The notes under the pieces are model-generated. The model was not told where the DNA came from. It did no database searches and was given only the letters and a program-made list of their open reading frames with translations. 64,000 bases of DNA from Nitrospirota bacterium (GTDB lineage: Bacteria; Nitrospirota; Nitrospiria; 2-01-FULL-66-17), in contig JBMOMC010000001.1 of assembly GCA_049325335.1 (NCBI GenBank), forward strand, positions 224,001 to 288,000, in the 5' to 3' direction. Positions 37,937 through 48,909 of the stretch are shown in pieces; position 1 is the stretch's first letter; every line of letters starts with the position of its first letter. Position numbers and translations under genes: made by a program.

Positions 37937-38815
37937 ATGGAACGAGTCGAAACCCCACGGATGATTCCAGTCGGTGATAAGGCCACGGCGTCCGAGACGC
38001 AGCAGACCCCGCCGCCATCGCCGGCGGCCGCATTGAGACTCCGTCGTATATCGATTAGCGGACTCGTGCTGCCCTTTGCGGGGATGGCCGTGCTCGTGGC
38101 AATTTGGGCGATGGTGAGCCAACTCGCGCCATTTCTACCCAATCCGGTCCAAACCATCACCAAGAGCTGGGACTTGATCCGTCATCCGTTTTTTGACGAG
38201 GGGCCCAACAACAAGGGGATCGGGTGGCAAGTGCTCTACAGCCTGGGACGCGTCGGCCTCGGGTTCGGCCTCGCCATTCTGGTCGGCATTCCGGCCGGAC
38301 TGATTTTGGGGCTCTCAGCCATCACCCGAAAAATGTGGGACCCCGTGGTCCAGGTCCTCAAACCCGTCTCCCCGCTGGCGTGGCTGCCGTTGGGTTTGGC
38401 CACGTTTCAAGCCGCCACGCCCGCGGCGGTGTTCACCATCTTCATCACCGCGTTGTGGCCGATCCTGATCAACACCTCGGCCGGTGTCCAACAGGTGCCG
38501 CTCGCGTATCTCCAGGTCGGCCGCATTTTGCGGCTCTCGCGCCGAAAAATGGTGACGCGCATTTTGATTCCCGCCGCGCTCCCGCACATCCTGTCCGGAT
38601 TGCGCGTGAGCCTGGGCGTGGCCTGGCTCGTGATCGTGGCGTCCGAAATGCTCACCGGCGGCGGGGGCATCGGGTTTTTCGTGTGGGACGAGTGGAACAA
38701 CTTGTCGTTGGAACACATCATTCTGGCGATCGCGGTGATCGGCCTGGTCGGGTTGGGACTGGACCGATTGATGCTCGCCGCGGCCCGTCGGATCAGCTAT
38801 CAACCCTTGGGATGA
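37937..38815 (+). CDS. nrtB: Nitrate/cyanate/bicarbonate ABC permease
   Basis: PFFDEGPNNKGIGW, KPVSPLAWLP, AWLVIVASEML.GG.GIGFFVWDEWN. Confidence 0.9.
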   Translation: MERVETPRMIPVGDKATASETQQTPPPSPAAALRLRRISISGLVLPFAGMAVLVAIWAMVSQLAPFLPNPVQTITKSWDLIRHPFFDEGPNNKGIGWQVLYSLGRVGLGFGLAILVGIPAGLILGLSAITRKMWDPVVQVLKPVSPLAWLPLGLATFQAATPAAVFTIFITALWPILINTSAGVQQVPLAYLQVGRILRLSRRKMVTRILIPAALPHILSGLRVSLGVAWLVIVASEMLTGGGGIGFFVWDEWNNLSLEHIILAIAVIGLVGLGLDRLMLAAARRISYQPLG

Positions 38816-38819
38816 CATC

Positions 38820-39605
38820 ATGACCACCTTCCTTGAAATCAGCGACGTCACAAAAGCCTTCAACACCCCACAAGGACCGTTCACCGCGCTCCACGGCTGC
38901 ACGCTCTCGGTCCAGCCCGGCGAGTTCGTGTCCTTGATCGGGCACTCCGGATGCGGCAAGAGCACTCTGCTTTCGATCGTCGCCGGCCTCACGCCTGCCA
39001 CCACCGGCGGCGTCATCCTGGAAGGCAAAGAGGTGACGAGTCCCGGACCGGACCGGGGCATGGTGTTCCAGCAACACGCATTGCTGCCGTGGCTGTCCGC
39101 ACACGACAACGTGCTCTTGGCCGTGGAAGAGGTCTTCCCGGACTTGAGTCGCGCGGAACAGAAAGACCGGGTCATACACTTCCTGGAGATGGTGGGGCTC
39201 GGTCACGCGGCCACGAAATATCCGGCTGAACTCTCAGGCGGGATGTGCCAACGCGTGGGCATCGCGCGCGCCTTGGCCATGCGGCCCAAGGTGCTCCTCC
39301 TGGACGAACCGTTCGGGGCGCTGGACGCGTTAACGCGCGGTCACCTGCAGGACGAGGTGCTTCGGATCTGGCAGAAGTTCGGGCAGACCGTGCTAATGGT
39401 GACGCACGACGTGGACGAAGCGATCCTGCTCTCGGACCGAATCGCGCTGATGACCAACGGCCCCGCCGCGACCATCGGGGAGGTTCTGCCGGTCAACCTC
39501 CCTCGCCCGCGCGACCGTCGTACGCTCTCGGGCATGCCGGAGTACCACGAGATGAAAGTCCGCGTGCTGGAGTTTCTTTACGAACGCTACAAGGCCGCAT
39601 CGTAA
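38820..39605 (+). CDS. nrtD: Nitrate/cyanate ABC ATP-binding protein
   Basis: IGHSGCGKST, PGPDR..VFQ, LSGGM.QRVGIARAL, LDEPFGALDALTR, MTNGPAA.IGE. Confidence 0.9.
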   Translation: MTTFLEISDVTKAFNTPQGPFTALHGCTLSVQPGEFVSLIGHSGCGKSTLLSIVAGLTPATTGGVILEGKEVTSPGPDRGMVFQQHALLPWLSAHDNVLLAVEEVFPDLSRAEQKDRVIHFLEMVGLGHAATKYPAELSGGMCQRVGIARALAMRPKVLLLDEPFGALDALTRGHLQDEVLRIWQKFGQTVLMVTHDVDEAILLSDRIALMTNGPAATIGEVLPVNLPRPRDRRTLSGMPEYHEMKVRVLEFLYERYKAAS

Positions 39606-39679
39606 GCAACACGTCAAACGATCGCGGAGCGCTCACGAGTAAAACCCTCGGGGCCCAACACATCGTCGTTCTCCAATAA

Positions 39680-39709
39680 CGACTGGGCCGCCTGACGGCG
39701 GCCCAGTCG
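39680..39709. terminator. Stem-loop between convergent nrt and pst units
   Basis: CGACTGGGCCGCC-TGAC-GGCGGCCCAGTCG perfect 13-bp stem. Confidence 0.6.
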
Positions 39710-39738
39710 CCTCACCCGCTGGGGCCTTGACCGAACCG

Positions 39739-40755
39739 TTACCGTTTTTCCGCGGTCAGAAGTCCTTCGAGGGTCACCCCCACCTGCGAGCCCTTGCCCC
39801 CGAACACCGAGCCCACCGTGCGGGTCTTCGCCCGCTTTTGCGCCAACTCATAGACCGCATCGGGCAACGGGATGTACCCGACTTCCTGGACCAACGGTCG
39901 CCCGGCGGTCAAATAGAATTTCACGAACTCCGCGATCTCCGGGCGGTCCAAGGCTTTCGTGTTCACGTAGATGAAGATCGGTCGCGACAAGGGCTGATAC
40001 GTCGCGTTCTTCACGTTGTCGAACTCCGGCAGGATCGGCCCGTCCCCGTTCTTCGGGTTCTCATCATCGATGGCCACCAACTTCAGGCGCTCCTTGTTAT
40101 GCTCGTAGTAGGCCACGCCGAAGAAGCCCAGCGCCAGCGGGTCGTTGGCAATGCCCTGTACCAACACGTTGTCGTCTTCGCTCGCGGTAAAGTCCCCGCG
40201 GCTCGAGTGCTCTTTGCCCACGATAGCTTCGGTGAAGTAGTCGTACGTGCCTGAATCCACTCCGGCGCCGAACAGGTGGATTTCCTTATCCGGCCACCCG
40301 GTGCGAATCTGACTCCAGCGCGTGATCTTGCCTTGGGCCGCCGGTTCCCAGAGCTTCTTGAGTTCTTTGACCGTCATGCTGCTCGCCCAATCATTCTTGG
40401 GGTTGACCATTACGGCCAACCCGTCGAACGCCACCGGCAGCTCGATGTACGCGATCTTGTTGTCCAGGCACAGTTCCACTTCCGAGAGTTTGATCGGCCG
40501 CGAGGCGTCCGAGAGGTCGGTCTCCCCGTTGCAAAACTTCTTAAACCCCCCGCCGGTGCCAGAGATGCCCACGGTCACCCGCACCTTCGGATTCTTCTTC
40601 CCGAATTCTTCGGCCACGGCCTCGGAGATCGGGTACACCGTGCTCGAACCGTCGATTTTGATCAGAGTGGCCGCGTAGGTGTCGTGCGGCGCGGTGAGTA
40701 CCGTGGCGCCTAGAAGCGCCGCCAGGCTTACTGTCCAGTACTTCCGTGGTGTCAT
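39739..40755 (-). CDS. pstS: Phosphate ABC substrate-binding protein, copy 1
   Basis: [48 protein letters not shown]. Confidence 0.93.
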   Translation of the reverse strand: MTPRKYWTVSLAALLGATVLTAPHDTYAATLIKIDGSSTVYPISEAVAEEFGKKNPKVRVTVGISGTGGGFKKFCNGETDLSDASRPIKLSEVELCLDNKIAYIELPVAFDGLAVMVNPKNDWASSMTVKELKKLWEPAAQGKITRWSQIRTGWPDKEIHLFGAGVDSGTYDYFTEAIVGKEHSSRGDFTASEDDNVLVQGIANDPLALGFFGVAYYEHNKERLKLVAIDDENPKNGDGPILPEFDNVKNATYQPLSRPIFIYVNTKALDRPEIAEFVKFYLTAGRPLVQEVGYIPLPDAVYELAQKRAKTRTVGSVFGGKGSQVGVTLEGLLTAEKR

Positions 40756-40787
40756 GTGTGTCTCCTCGTTGTCGTGTGTCAGGCGCG

Positions 40788-42020
40788 TTAGAACTTCACC
40801 GACAAATCCGCCTGCAGCCGGTTGACGTCATTGGGACTTGTCGTGCTGTCTTCCATTTCAGTCAGAAAGTACTTGACCTTCACCTGTATCGACTTGGTGG
40901 GGCTATACGCCGCCCACATGATATGGCCTGCACGCCCGGTGCCGCCGTTGCCGAAGTCCGAATCCGCCACATCCGCCAATGTCGCATCGTTTCCCACGCG
41001 TTTGAAGAAGTACGCGGTTTCCCAGGTCTGCGGGTCGCTCGCTTTGCCCACGATCAGGCCCGCCTGGTACCCGCTGTCTTTGGTATTCGCCCCCGACGCG
41101 CTGACTGTGTCCGCCATGTTGGTCACATAGTCGCCCATGACCGCCACCGGCAGCGACGCAACCTTGGTGGCGACTTCCGCAGTGACGTCCAGCACGTTGT
41201 AGTCATTGACTAGCACCCCGGTGGCCGCCAGCGGGGTGGCGCACGCGCTCGCCCGGCTGTTGCCGTCCTGACACACGGCCTGACTCAGATTATTGTTCTG
41301 GACGTTGACCGCGTTGTAGTACGCCACGGCAAGGCCGGTTTTTACGTCCTTGATTGGACTCGCCTTGACTCCCAATTGCTGGGCGAACAGCCATTGGTCC
41401 GTGGACGGCTTGCCGCCGCTGTCTTCATCCAGCACGATCTGCGCCACATTCAAGAAGAGATCGGTATCACCCAGCTTCCACGCAAACTGTTCGGCCACGC
41501 CTTCGGGGTTGTAGTCGTCGTCCCAGACCGCGTCCGTGGAGTACACGGTCCAGAAGGGGTTGGCCATCCGGCCGCCGGTGAGCGTCAACCACCGCGTGTT
41601 CTCGCCTTGCCACCGCACGAACGCGCGGTCGATGTAGAGCGCGGTCTGGCTCGACAGGTTGTCGAAGCTCTTGTTGGTCGAGACCTGCTCGCCCGTGCCG
41701 CTCGCCAGACGAATGCCCACGGTGATGGTGTCCAGCTTCAGATCCGTGCTCACCCGTAGACGGAACCGCTGGCGGTGCCGGTCATCCGCGGTGTTGCGGT
41801 AGAACGATTCGTGCCGCAATCGCACGTCGCCGCTGAACGTCATGCGATCGAGGGAGGACGAGAACTTCTTCTTTTGCACCGACGCCGCTTCATCCTTGGT
41901 CAGAATGCCTTTGTCGAACAACAACTCCTCCAACGGCACGCGGCCTTCGGCAAACGCCTGGCCCCCTGCCGCCACTGCCGCCAACACCACTCCCGCCACC
42001 AGACTCCACCGATTGTGCAT
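40788..42020 (-). CDS. Putative phosphate-regulated porin, copy 1
   Basis: Signal peptide; [37 protein letters not shown]-terminal VKF. Confidence 0.8.
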   Translation of the reverse strand: MHNRWSLVAGVVLAAVAAGGQAFAEGRVPLEELLFDKGILTKDEAASVQKKKFSSSLDRMTFSGDVRLRHESFYRNTADDRHRQRFRLRVSTDLKLDTITVGIRLASGTGEQVSTNKSFDNLSSQTALYIDRAFVRWQGENTRWLTLTGGRMANPFWTVYSTDAVWDDDYNPEGVAEQFAWKLGDTDLFLNVAQIVLDEDSGGKPSTDQWLFAQQLGVKASPIKDVKTGLAVAYYNAVNVQNNNLSQAVCQDGNSRASACATPLAATGVLVNDYNVLDVTAEVATKVASLPVAVMGDYVTNMADTVSASGANTKDSGYQAGLIVGKASDPQTWETAYFFKRVGNDATLADVADSDFGNGGTGRAGHIMWAAYSPTKSIQVKVKYFLTEMEDSTTSPNDVNRLQADLSVKF

Positions 42021-42062
42021 TCCACTTTCCTCCGAATACGTTGCTCGATGATTGACTTTCGT

Positions 42063-42260
42063 TTACCCCACCGCCCGGATCGCCTCGCGCCGGCAGGACG
42101 CCACCAAGCGTTCCCACGCCTGCCGTTTTCGCTCCACGCCGATCGTCCGATCGATCACGCCACCTTCCGCCCAGGGCGGGCCGCCTGCACCGACCGCCTT
42201 GGGCGAGCCATGACCACTCACCCCGTCCGCCTCATGCTGATTGCCCTTGTGATGTCCCAT
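42063..42260 (-). CDS. Putative small protein (65 aa)
   Basis: Strong GAGGAGGAG RBS before ATG 42260; lies between the Pho-box-like repeats and the porin gene. Confidence 0.45.
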   Translation of the reverse strand: MGHHKGNQHEADGVSGHGSPKAVGAGGPPWAEGGVIDRTIGVERKRQAWERLVASCRREAIRAVG

Positions 42261-42319
42261 CGTCTCCTCCTCGTCTCTACGCGTCGCTCGTTTGTGTTGA
42301 CGGGAGCGTATCAAGCGTG

Positions 42320-42358
42320 CGTTGCGCGGACGTTATCGCTGTATTAAATGCGTGTAAC
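42320..42358 (-). promoter_or_regulatory. Pho-box-like 11-bp direct repeats
   Basis: - strand GTTACA-N5-TTAATA-N5-ATAACG-N5-GCAACG. Confidence 0.55.
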
Positions 42359-42493
42359 AAATCCTCCTCACGCCTCGTCCCGATCTCCGCGGGGGACGAG
42401 CGGGGTGAAGATGGATTGATACGGCACACGCGTTCGGCGAGGACCGCGCGGCTGGGAATGAGGGGAGCGACGTCGGAACGACTGGTCTGGGAG

Positions 42494-43147
42494 TCAGACC
42501 GTGGTGTGTCTGATGATCTTGCCTTCCACGAGGTAGACGACCATCTCGGCCACGTTGGTGGCGTGGTCCGCGATGCGTTCGATGTACTTAGCCACGAACG
42601 TGATGCGGATAGCGCGGCGGATGGTTTGCGGATTTTCCATCATATAGGAGAGTAATTCGCGAAAAATCTGGCCGGTCAATTCGTCCACGAACGCGTCGTC
42701 GCGGCAGACCTTGCGGGCGAGGTCCGCGTTCCGGTTCACGAACGCGTCCAACGCCTCTTTGACCATGGTACGCGCGTGCTCCGCCATGCGGGGGATGTCG
42801 ATGTATGGTTTGAGCTGCGGCTCGTCCGTCAGCTCGATTGCGCGCTCGCAGATGTCTTCGGCCAGATCGCTCATGCGCTCCAGATCGGTGGAAATTTTCA
42901 TAGCCGTGGTCACGAAGCGCAAATCGCTCGCCGCGGGCTGTCGCAGCGCGATCAACCGGATGCATTCTTCGTCGATTTCCACGTCGTAGGCGTTGACCTG
43001 ATGATCGGTCGCGATCACGCGGCGCGCCAGCTCCGAGTCGCGCTCCACCAGGGCTTTGATCGCGTTGGCCACCTGGACTTCCACTAAGGCGCCCATCCGC
43101 AGGATGCGCTCCTTGAGCGCGGTGAGTTCTTCGTCGAATCGTCGCAT
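42494..43147 (-). CDS. phoU: Phosphate signalling protein PhoU
   Basis: IALRQPAASDLR, DLERMSDLA, IERIADHATNVAE. Confidence 0.95.
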   Translation of the reverse strand: MRRFDEELTALKERILRMGALVEVQVANAIKALVERDSELARRVIATDHQVNAYDVEIDEECIRLIALRQPAASDLRFVTTAMKISTDLERMSDLAEDICERAIELTDEPQLKPYIDIPRMAEHARTMVKEALDAFVNRNADLARKVCRDDAFVDELTGQIFRELLSYMMENPQTIRRAIRITFVAKYIERIADHATNVAEMVVYLVEGKIIRHTTV

Positions 43148-43148
43148 G

Positions 43149-43910
43149 TCAACCGAACCTCCCGGTGACGTAATCTTCGGTGAGTTTTTGCCCGGGGTTG
43201 GTGAAGATGTTCGAGGTGGGGCCGTATTCCACCACCTTCCCGAGCATGAAAAACGCGGTGGAATCCGAAATCCGCGCGGCTTGTTGCATGTTGTGGGTCA
43301 CGATCACCATCGTATAACTTTTCTTCAAGTCCACCAAGAGTTCTTCGATCTTGGCGGTGGCGATGGGGTCCAGCGCGGAGGTGGGCTCATCCAGCAGCAG
43401 GACCTCGGGTTTGACGGCGAGCGCCCGGGCGATGCACAACCGCTGTTGCTGTCCGCCCGAGAGCGCCCACGCCATGTGCCGCAATTTGTCCTTGACCTCG
43501 TCCCAGATCGCGGCCTGCTTGAGACTCTCTTCCACCAAGGCGTCGAGTTGCGCGCGGTCCGTGATGCCGCACAACCGCGGCCCGTACGCGACGTTCTCGT
43601 AGATGGACTTAGGAAACGGATTGGGCTTCTGGAACACCATCCCGATCCGCAGCCGAATGCCGATGGGGTCCACGCCCGGTCCGTAAATGTCCTGGCCTTT
43701 GAACTTGAGCGAGCCGCTCACCCGAAACCCCGGCACCAAATCATTGATCCGGTTCAAGCACCGGATGAACGTGCTCTTGCCGCACCCGGACGGACCGATG
43801 ACAGCGGTGATGCGCTGCTCGGCAATGCCGAGCGAGACCTCGCGGAGCGCCTGATTCACTCCATACCACGCGTCCATGCCGTGAATCTCGAAAGCCGAAG
43901 CCGTGCCCAT
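43149..43910 (-). CDS. pstB: Phosphate ABC ATP-binding protein
   Basis: [46 protein letters not shown]. Confidence 0.96.
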   Translation of the reverse strand: MGTASAFEIHGMDAWYGVNQALREVSLGIAEQRITAVIGPSGCGKSTFIRCLNRINDLVPGFRVSGSLKFKGQDIYGPGVDPIGIRLRIGMVFQKPNPFPKSIYENVAYGPRLCGITDRAQLDALVEESLKQAAIWDEVKDKLRHMAWALSGGQQQRLCIARALAVKPEVLLLDEPTSALDPIATAKIEELLVDLKKSYTMVIVTHNMQQAARISDSTAFFMLGKVVEYGPTSNIFTNPGQKLTEDYVTGRFG

Positions 43911-43919
43911 AAGAACTCG

Positions 43920-44834
43920 CTACAGTTGGACTCTTCTCTGGTATCGATGGCGCAGATACACCGCCACTGCATTGAGCAACAGCAATACAGCCAACAGGAC
44001 CAAGATTGCGGCCGCGGCATTGACGTGAAAGCCAGGCTGCGGCCGCGACACCCAATTAAAAATCTGGATCGGCAACGCGGTGAACGGAGCGAACACGCTG
44101 TCGGGCAAAAACGCCACGTAGGTCAACGCGCCGATGGTGATCAGGGGCGCGGCCTCGCCGATCGCGCGCGAGAACGCGAGGATCGACCCGGTGAGGATGC
44201 CGGGCAACGCCATGGGCAGCACCTGGTACCAAATCGTCTGCCACCGTGTGGCGCCCAACGCGCACGAGGCCTCGCGGATGGAATTGGGCACGGTCCGGAG
44301 CGCCTCGCGCGACGCGATGATAATAATCGGCAATACCAACAAGGCCATGGTCAGGGCGCCCGCGAGAAGACTGCGCTCCAATTTGAGCGCGCGCACAAAC
44401 AGTTCGAGCCCGAGCAGGCCGTACACGATCGAGGGTACGCCCGCCAGATTCGCGATATTGACCTCGATGATGCGCGACCACCACGTCTTGCCCGCGTACT
44501 CCTCCAGGTACACCGCCGCGCCCACGCCGATGGGGAGCGCGAAGGCCGCAGTCAGCAGGATCAGCGCGACCGACCCCACCAATGCCGCGAGAATACCGGC
44601 CTCCTCGGGCCGCCGCGAGGGAAAGCTGGCTAGGAATTGCCACGACAACCGCCCCGCGCCGTCGATCAACGCATCCAGAAACAACGCCGCCAGACTCCCC
44701 AATGCCACCAGCAGCGCGCCCGCGGCCGCGACCCGGAACCCGGTCTCGGCGAGATGGCGCTGGGCGAGCATACGAGCCAGCGCGTCGCTCTCAAGCCTCA
44801 CGCTTCCCGCTCCTGAAACCGCTGGCGCAGCCAC
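43920..44834 (-). CDS. pstA: Phosphate ABC permease PstA
   Basis: [43 protein letters not shown]. Confidence 0.93.
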   Translation of the reverse strand: MAAPAVSGAGSVRLESDALARMLAQRHLAETGFRVAAAGALLVALGSLAALFLDALIDGAGRLSWQFLASFPSRRPEEAGILAALVGSVALILLTAAFALPIGVGAAVYLEEYAGKTWWSRIIEVNIANLAGVPSIVYGLLGLELFVRALKLERSLLAGALTMALLVLPIIIIASREALRTVPNSIREASCALGATRWQTIWYQVLPMALPGILTGSILAFSRAIGEAAPLITIGALTYVAFLPDSVFAPFTALPIQIFNWVSRPQPGFHVNAAAAILVLLAVLLLLNAVAVYLRHRYQRRVQL

Positions 44835-45694
44835 TGGCTGAGCACGTTGAGCGCCAGCGTGCCGAGAAACAGCATCATGCCCACCGCGAAAATCGTCCGG
44901 TACTCGATGGTCCCGGTTGGCGTGTCGCCCAGGCTGACCTGCACGATATACGCGGTCATGGTTTCGATGGGCACGGTGGGATCGAGCGTGAGGCGCGGCT
45001 GCTGCCCCGCGGCAATAGCCAGGATCATGGTCTCGCCGATCGCCCGGGACACGCCCAGGAGCACGGAGGCCGCGATCCCCGAAAACGCGGACGGCACCAC
45101 CACCTTCAACGCCACTTGGAGTTTGGACGAGCCCAACGCATACGCGCCCTCGCGCAAGCTTTGCGGCACCGCGTACATGGCGTCCTCGGAGAGCGACGAG
45201 ATCATGGGAATGATCATGATGCCGATTACGATCCCGGGCGCGAGCGCGTTAAACCCCGAAAGAGTGGGAATGACTATTTGCAGCAGCGGAGTCACGAACA
45301 GCAACGCGAAGTACCCGTAGACCACGGTGGGAATGCCCGCCAACACCTCCAACACGGGCTTGACCACGCGACGCAGCCGCTCGCCCGCGTATTCGCTCAA
45401 ATACACCGCGCTGACCAGGCCGATCGGGAGCGCCACCAATATCGCGATCCCCGCGGTCAACGCCGTGCCGCAGACCAAGGGCAGGATGCCGAAGTGTTTA
45501 TCCGCGAAGAGCGGGGTCCACTGCGTGTCGGTGAGAAAGTCGACCACGGACACCTCGCGGAAAAACGCCGTGGTCTCGAACAGGAGGACGCCGACAATGC
45601 CAAGCGTGGTGACGATCGACAGCGCCCCGCACAGCAGGAGCACAGCGTGCACCGCCCGCTCTTGCACGTACTGAGTGCCGGTTCGCGCGATCAT
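44798..45694 (-). CDS. pstC: Phosphate ABC permease PstC
   Basis: [41 protein letters not shown]. Confidence 0.93.
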   Translation of the reverse strand: MIARTGTQYVQERAVHAVLLLCGALSIVTTLGIVGVLLFETTAFFREVSVVDFLTDTQWTPLFADKHFGILPLVCGTALTAGIAILVALPIGLVSAVYLSEYAGERLRRVVKPVLEVLAGIPTVVYGYFALLFVTPLLQIVIPTLSGFNALAPGIVIGIMIIPMISSLSEDAMYAVPQSLREGAYALGSSKLQVALKVVVPSAFSGIAASVLLGVSRAIGETMILAIAAGQQPRLTLDPTVPIETMTAYIVQVSLGDTPTGTIEYRTIFAVGMMLFLGTLALNVLSQWLRQRFQEREA

Positions 45695-45732
45695 CCCCGC
45701 TCGTGTCCCTAGGGGTGAGTCATCGACTCGCG

Positions 45733-46785
45733 CTACTTGGCCTCGGCTGCCAACAACGACTCAATCGTGACCCCCACCTGCGACCCCTTGCCCGCGAACA
45801 CCGACCCCGTGGTTCGGGCTTGCACCCGTTTGAGCGCCAATTCATAGGCCGTGTCCGGCAAAGGGATGTACCCGACTTCGGTCACCAGCTCCCGCCCGGC
45901 GGTGAGGTAAAACGTCACGAAGTCCGCGATCTCAGGGCGGTCCAATGCCTTCTTGTTGACGTACACGAAGATCGGGCGCGACAACGGCTGGTACGTGCCG
46001 TTCTTGATGGTCTCCGCCGTGGGCACGATCGGACCCGCGCCGTTCTTGGGACTCTCATCGTCGACTGGCACCAACTTGAGGCGCGCCTTGTTGCTCTCGT
46101 AGTACGCCACGCCGAAAAATCCCAGCGCCAAGGGATCGTTCGCAATGCCTTGGACCAACACATTGTCGTCCTCGCTCGCAGTGTAGTCTCCGCGGCTGGC
46201 ATGCTCCTGGCCGATCACGGCCTCGGTAAAGTAATCGTATGTGCCCGAGTCGACCCCGGCGCCGAAGAGTCTGATCTCCTTGTCCGGCCAACCCGGCCGC
46301 ACCTGGTTCCAGCGCGTGATCTTACCCTGCGCCGCGGGCTCCCACAGCTTCTTGAGTTCCGCCACCGTCATGCTGCTCGCCCACGTGTTCTTGGGATTCA
46401 CCATCACGGCCAAGCCGTCGAACGCGACCGGCAACTCGATATATTCGACCTTCTTGTCAGCGCACTGTTTGAGCTCGGTGGCCTTGATGGGCCGCGACGC
46501 GTCCGCGAGATCAATTTCCCCACCGCAGAACTTCTTGAACCCGCCGCCGGTGCCGGAGATTCCGACCGTGATCCGCACCGCACGGTTCTTCTTTTGAAAT
46601 TCTTCCGCCACCGCCTCGGTAATGGGGTACACCGTGCTGGAGCCGTCGATTTTGATCAACGTGGCGGCACCCGTGGGTCCCGGAAACGCCGTGCACCAGA
46701 CAACCAGCAGCACCCCCCCCAGACCGATCCGTCCGCCAACATGCCCCGGCACACGCAACCGCCTCGTGATCAGTGACTCATTCAT
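45733..46785 (-). CDS. pstS: Phosphate ABC substrate-binding protein, copy 2
   Basis: Close paralog of 39739-40755; start uncertain. Confidence 0.93.
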   Translation of the reverse strand: MNESLITRRLRVPGHVGGRIGLGGVLLVVWCTAFPGPTGAATLIKIDGSSTVYPITEAVAEEFQKKNRAVRITVGISGTGGGFKKFCGGEIDLADASRPIKATELKQCADKKVEYIELPVAFDGLAVMVNPKNTWASSMTVAELKKLWEPAAQGKITRWNQVRPGWPDKEIRLFGAGVDSGTYDYFTEAVIGQEHASRGDYTASEDDNVLVQGIANDPLALGFFGVAYYESNKARLKLVPVDDESPKNGAGPIVPTAETIKNGTYQPLSRPIFVYVNKKALDRPEIADFVTFYLTAGRELVTEVGYIPLPDTAYELALKRVQARTTGSVFAGKGSQVGVTIESLLAAEAK

Positions 46786-46794
46786 CCGATTTCG

Positions 46795-48045
46795 TCAGAA
46801 CTTGACTGACGCCTCGACCTGCAGCCGCTTGACGTCGCCGTTGTTGCCCCCGTTGTTCGCCAGCGCCGGATCCTCGACGCGCGAGATAAAATACTTGGCC
46901 TTGAGCTGCACCGCTTTGGAAGGGTTGTAGGCCGCCCACACAATATGCCCCTTGCGATTCGTCCCGCCCTTGAAGCCGAAATCCGAATCCGCGATATCGG
47001 CCAAGGTCGCATCGGCGCCGACTTTCTTGTAGAAGTACGCAGCCTCCCAGGTCTTCGGGTCGCTCGCCTTGCCCAGGATCAGCCCGGCCTGGTAGCCGCC
47101 GTCTTTGGTATCCGAACCGCCGACCGCGCTCTTTGTATCCGCGGTGTTTTTGACCGCATCCGCCATGACCGCCACCGGCAACCCACCGACTTTGGCGGAC
47201 GCCATCGCGGTGAGGCCGAACACGTTGTAGTCGTTGACCAATCTTCCGGTGGTTCCCAAGGGCGTGCCGCACGCATCCACCCGGCTATTGCCGTCCTGAC
47301 ACACAGTTTGACCAAGGTTGCCATTCTGCGTATTGACCGCGTTGAGGTAGGTGACGGCCACCGCGGCTTTGGTGGTCGACGTCGGCTTGGCTTGTACGCC
47401 AATCTGCTGGCCGAACAGCCATTGGTCCGTGGAAAGGCTGCCGCTGGAATCTTCGTCGAGCACGATCTGCGCGAGATTCACAAACAGCTCGGCCTCAGCG
47501 ATCTTGACCGCGACATTCTGCGCAAGGCCCTCGGGATTGAACTCTTCGTCCCACACGAGATCGGATGAATACACGGTATAGAACGGATTCGGCATCCGCC
47601 CGCCGGTGACCGTCAGCCACTTCGCGCTCTCGCCGTGCCACCGGACGAATGCGCGATCGATCCACACCGGCTTCTGGCTCGACAGCGCGTCCAAGGTCTG
47701 GTTGGCGGAGCCCTGGTCGCCGGAACCGCTCGCCAGGCGAATGCCGACCGTGAGGTTCTCGATCTTCACATCCGCGCCGAAGCGCAGCCGGAACCGCTGA
47801 CGATGTTGATCATCAGCCGTGTTGCGATAGAACGATTCATGCCGCAACCGGATATCACCCCCAACCGCGATCCGGTCCAGCCACGCCGACAACGTCGCAC
47901 CCTGAACCGACGCCGCCTCGTCTTTGGTAATCACACCCTTCTCGACCAACAGGTCTGCCAAGGGTTTACGTCCCTCCGCTCCCGCCAATGTCGCGGCCAG
48001 CAGCGTCCACGGCCCGACCACGAGGCCTGCGATCCATCGTTTCAT
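46795..48045 (-). CDS. Putative phosphate-regulated porin, copy 2
   Basis: Paralog of 40788-42020 (shared [37 protein letters not shown]). Confidence 0.8.
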   Translation of the reverse strand: MKRWIAGLVVGPWTLLAATLAGAEGRKPLADLLVEKGVITKDEAASVQGATLSAWLDRIAVGGDIRLRHESFYRNTADDQHRQRFRLRFGADVKIENLTVGIRLASGSGDQGSANQTLDALSSQKPVWIDRAFVRWHGESAKWLTVTGGRMPNPFYTVYSSDLVWDEEFNPEGLAQNVAVKIAEAELFVNLAQIVLDEDSSGSLSTDQWLFGQQIGVQAKPTSTTKAAVAVTYLNAVNTQNGNLGQTVCQDGNSRVDACGTPLGTTGRLVNDYNVFGLTAMASAKVGGLPVAVMADAVKNTADTKSAVGGSDTKDGGYQAGLILGKASDPKTWEAAYFYKKVGADATLADIADSDFGFKGGTNRKGHIVWAAYNPSKAVQLKAKYFISRVEDPALANNGGNNGDVKRLQVEASVKF

Positions 48046-48186
48046 GCGTCTCCCTCCACGTCCGGATTGGGTTCAGACCATCGCAACCAGTTCACCGCGC
48101 GTAGCCATCCAGACGAGATCCGTACGGGAGAAGCGGATCGCGCGCGGGTCTGTATCGCGCGTGACCGGGTCACGGTAACAACGATA

Positions 48187-48225
48187 TGTTTCGTCGTTGT
48201 TACTTGTGTGTTAACCCAATGTAAA
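48187..48225 (-). promoter_or_regulatory. Pho box: four 11-bp-spaced TTxACA-type repeats
   Basis: - strand TTTACA-N5-TTAACA-N5-GTAACA-N5-GAAACA upstream of porin-pstSCAB-phoU. Confidence 0.7.
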
Positions 48226-48253
48226 TTGTCGGCCTGGGGTCGGGAGGGGTCTC

Positions 48254-48739
48254 CTAGTCAGCGTCGCGTCGCGCGTCAGGATTCGTGGACGACGGGGAAA
48301 AGCGGATCGCCAGGATTCTGACGCCGCTGAGCACCGCGATGACCGACAGCAGCAACGTAAACGTCGTCCCCTCGCCGCCTTTAAGCCAGAGGGAGAGAAT
48401 TTCCGTCAACATGACGACCAGAATCGTATCCACGATGAACGTGACCTTAACCCGGCCTTCGGTCAGGTACGCCAACGTGGTCCGGAATACCTCGACCATC
48501 GCCAGCAACATGAGCACGCCGATCAAGACGTGCTGGAGCACGGTATCGACGCCAGCCGTGCCCAGCGCCAGCAGTTCCAGACCCACGGCTACCACACCGA
48601 TCAACAACGTGAGCACGATCAACCCGAGCAACACGCTAAGCACCGTCTTGATCGCGGTGGTCCACAGCCGCGTGGAATCCAATCCCCCGATCGAGGGCAG
48701 CCGCTGCCACACACCGTCCCATGTCATGAAAAACGCCAT
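48254..48739 (-). CDS. PsiE-family (phosphate-starvation-inducible) membrane protein
   Basis: 4 TM; VEVFRTTLAYLTEGRVKVTFIVDTILVVMLTEI; GGAGG RBS. Confidence 0.8.
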   Translation of the reverse strand: MAFFMTWDGVWQRLPSIGGLDSTRLWTTAIKTVLSVLLGLIVLTLLIGVVAVGLELLALGTAGVDTVLQHVLIGVLMLLAMVEVFRTTLAYLTEGRVKVTFIVDTILVVMLTEILSLWLKGGEGTTFTLLLSVIAVLSGVRILAIRFSPSSTNPDARRDAD

Positions 48740-48805
48740 ACCGTTCCTCCTGTTCCCGTCATCGCCTCTTCTTGTTGTTCTCTCGCGTCGAGCATAACCG
48801 GCCAA

Positions 48806-48844
48806 CGTTACCCCGGTATTGCGAACGCGTTGAGGCCACGTAAA
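48806..48844 (-). promoter_or_regulatory. Degenerate Pho-box-like repeats upstream of the PsiE-family gene
   Basis: - strand TTTACG-N5-TCAACG-N5-GCAATA-N5-GTAACG. Confidence 0.45.
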
Positions 48845-48909
48845 TTTTCACGGCGGTCCTCGGTGCGCGGCGTGGACTGGCCGCCGAAGCGTGTGTTACG
48901 ATCCGGCGC

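Noticed and set aside
43056..45712. Long + strand ORFs (525 aa, 376 aa) opposite pstBAC, and similar antisense ORFs elsewhere
   Set aside because: Shadow ORFs caused by high-GC codon bias opposite well-supported genes; no recognisable motifs.
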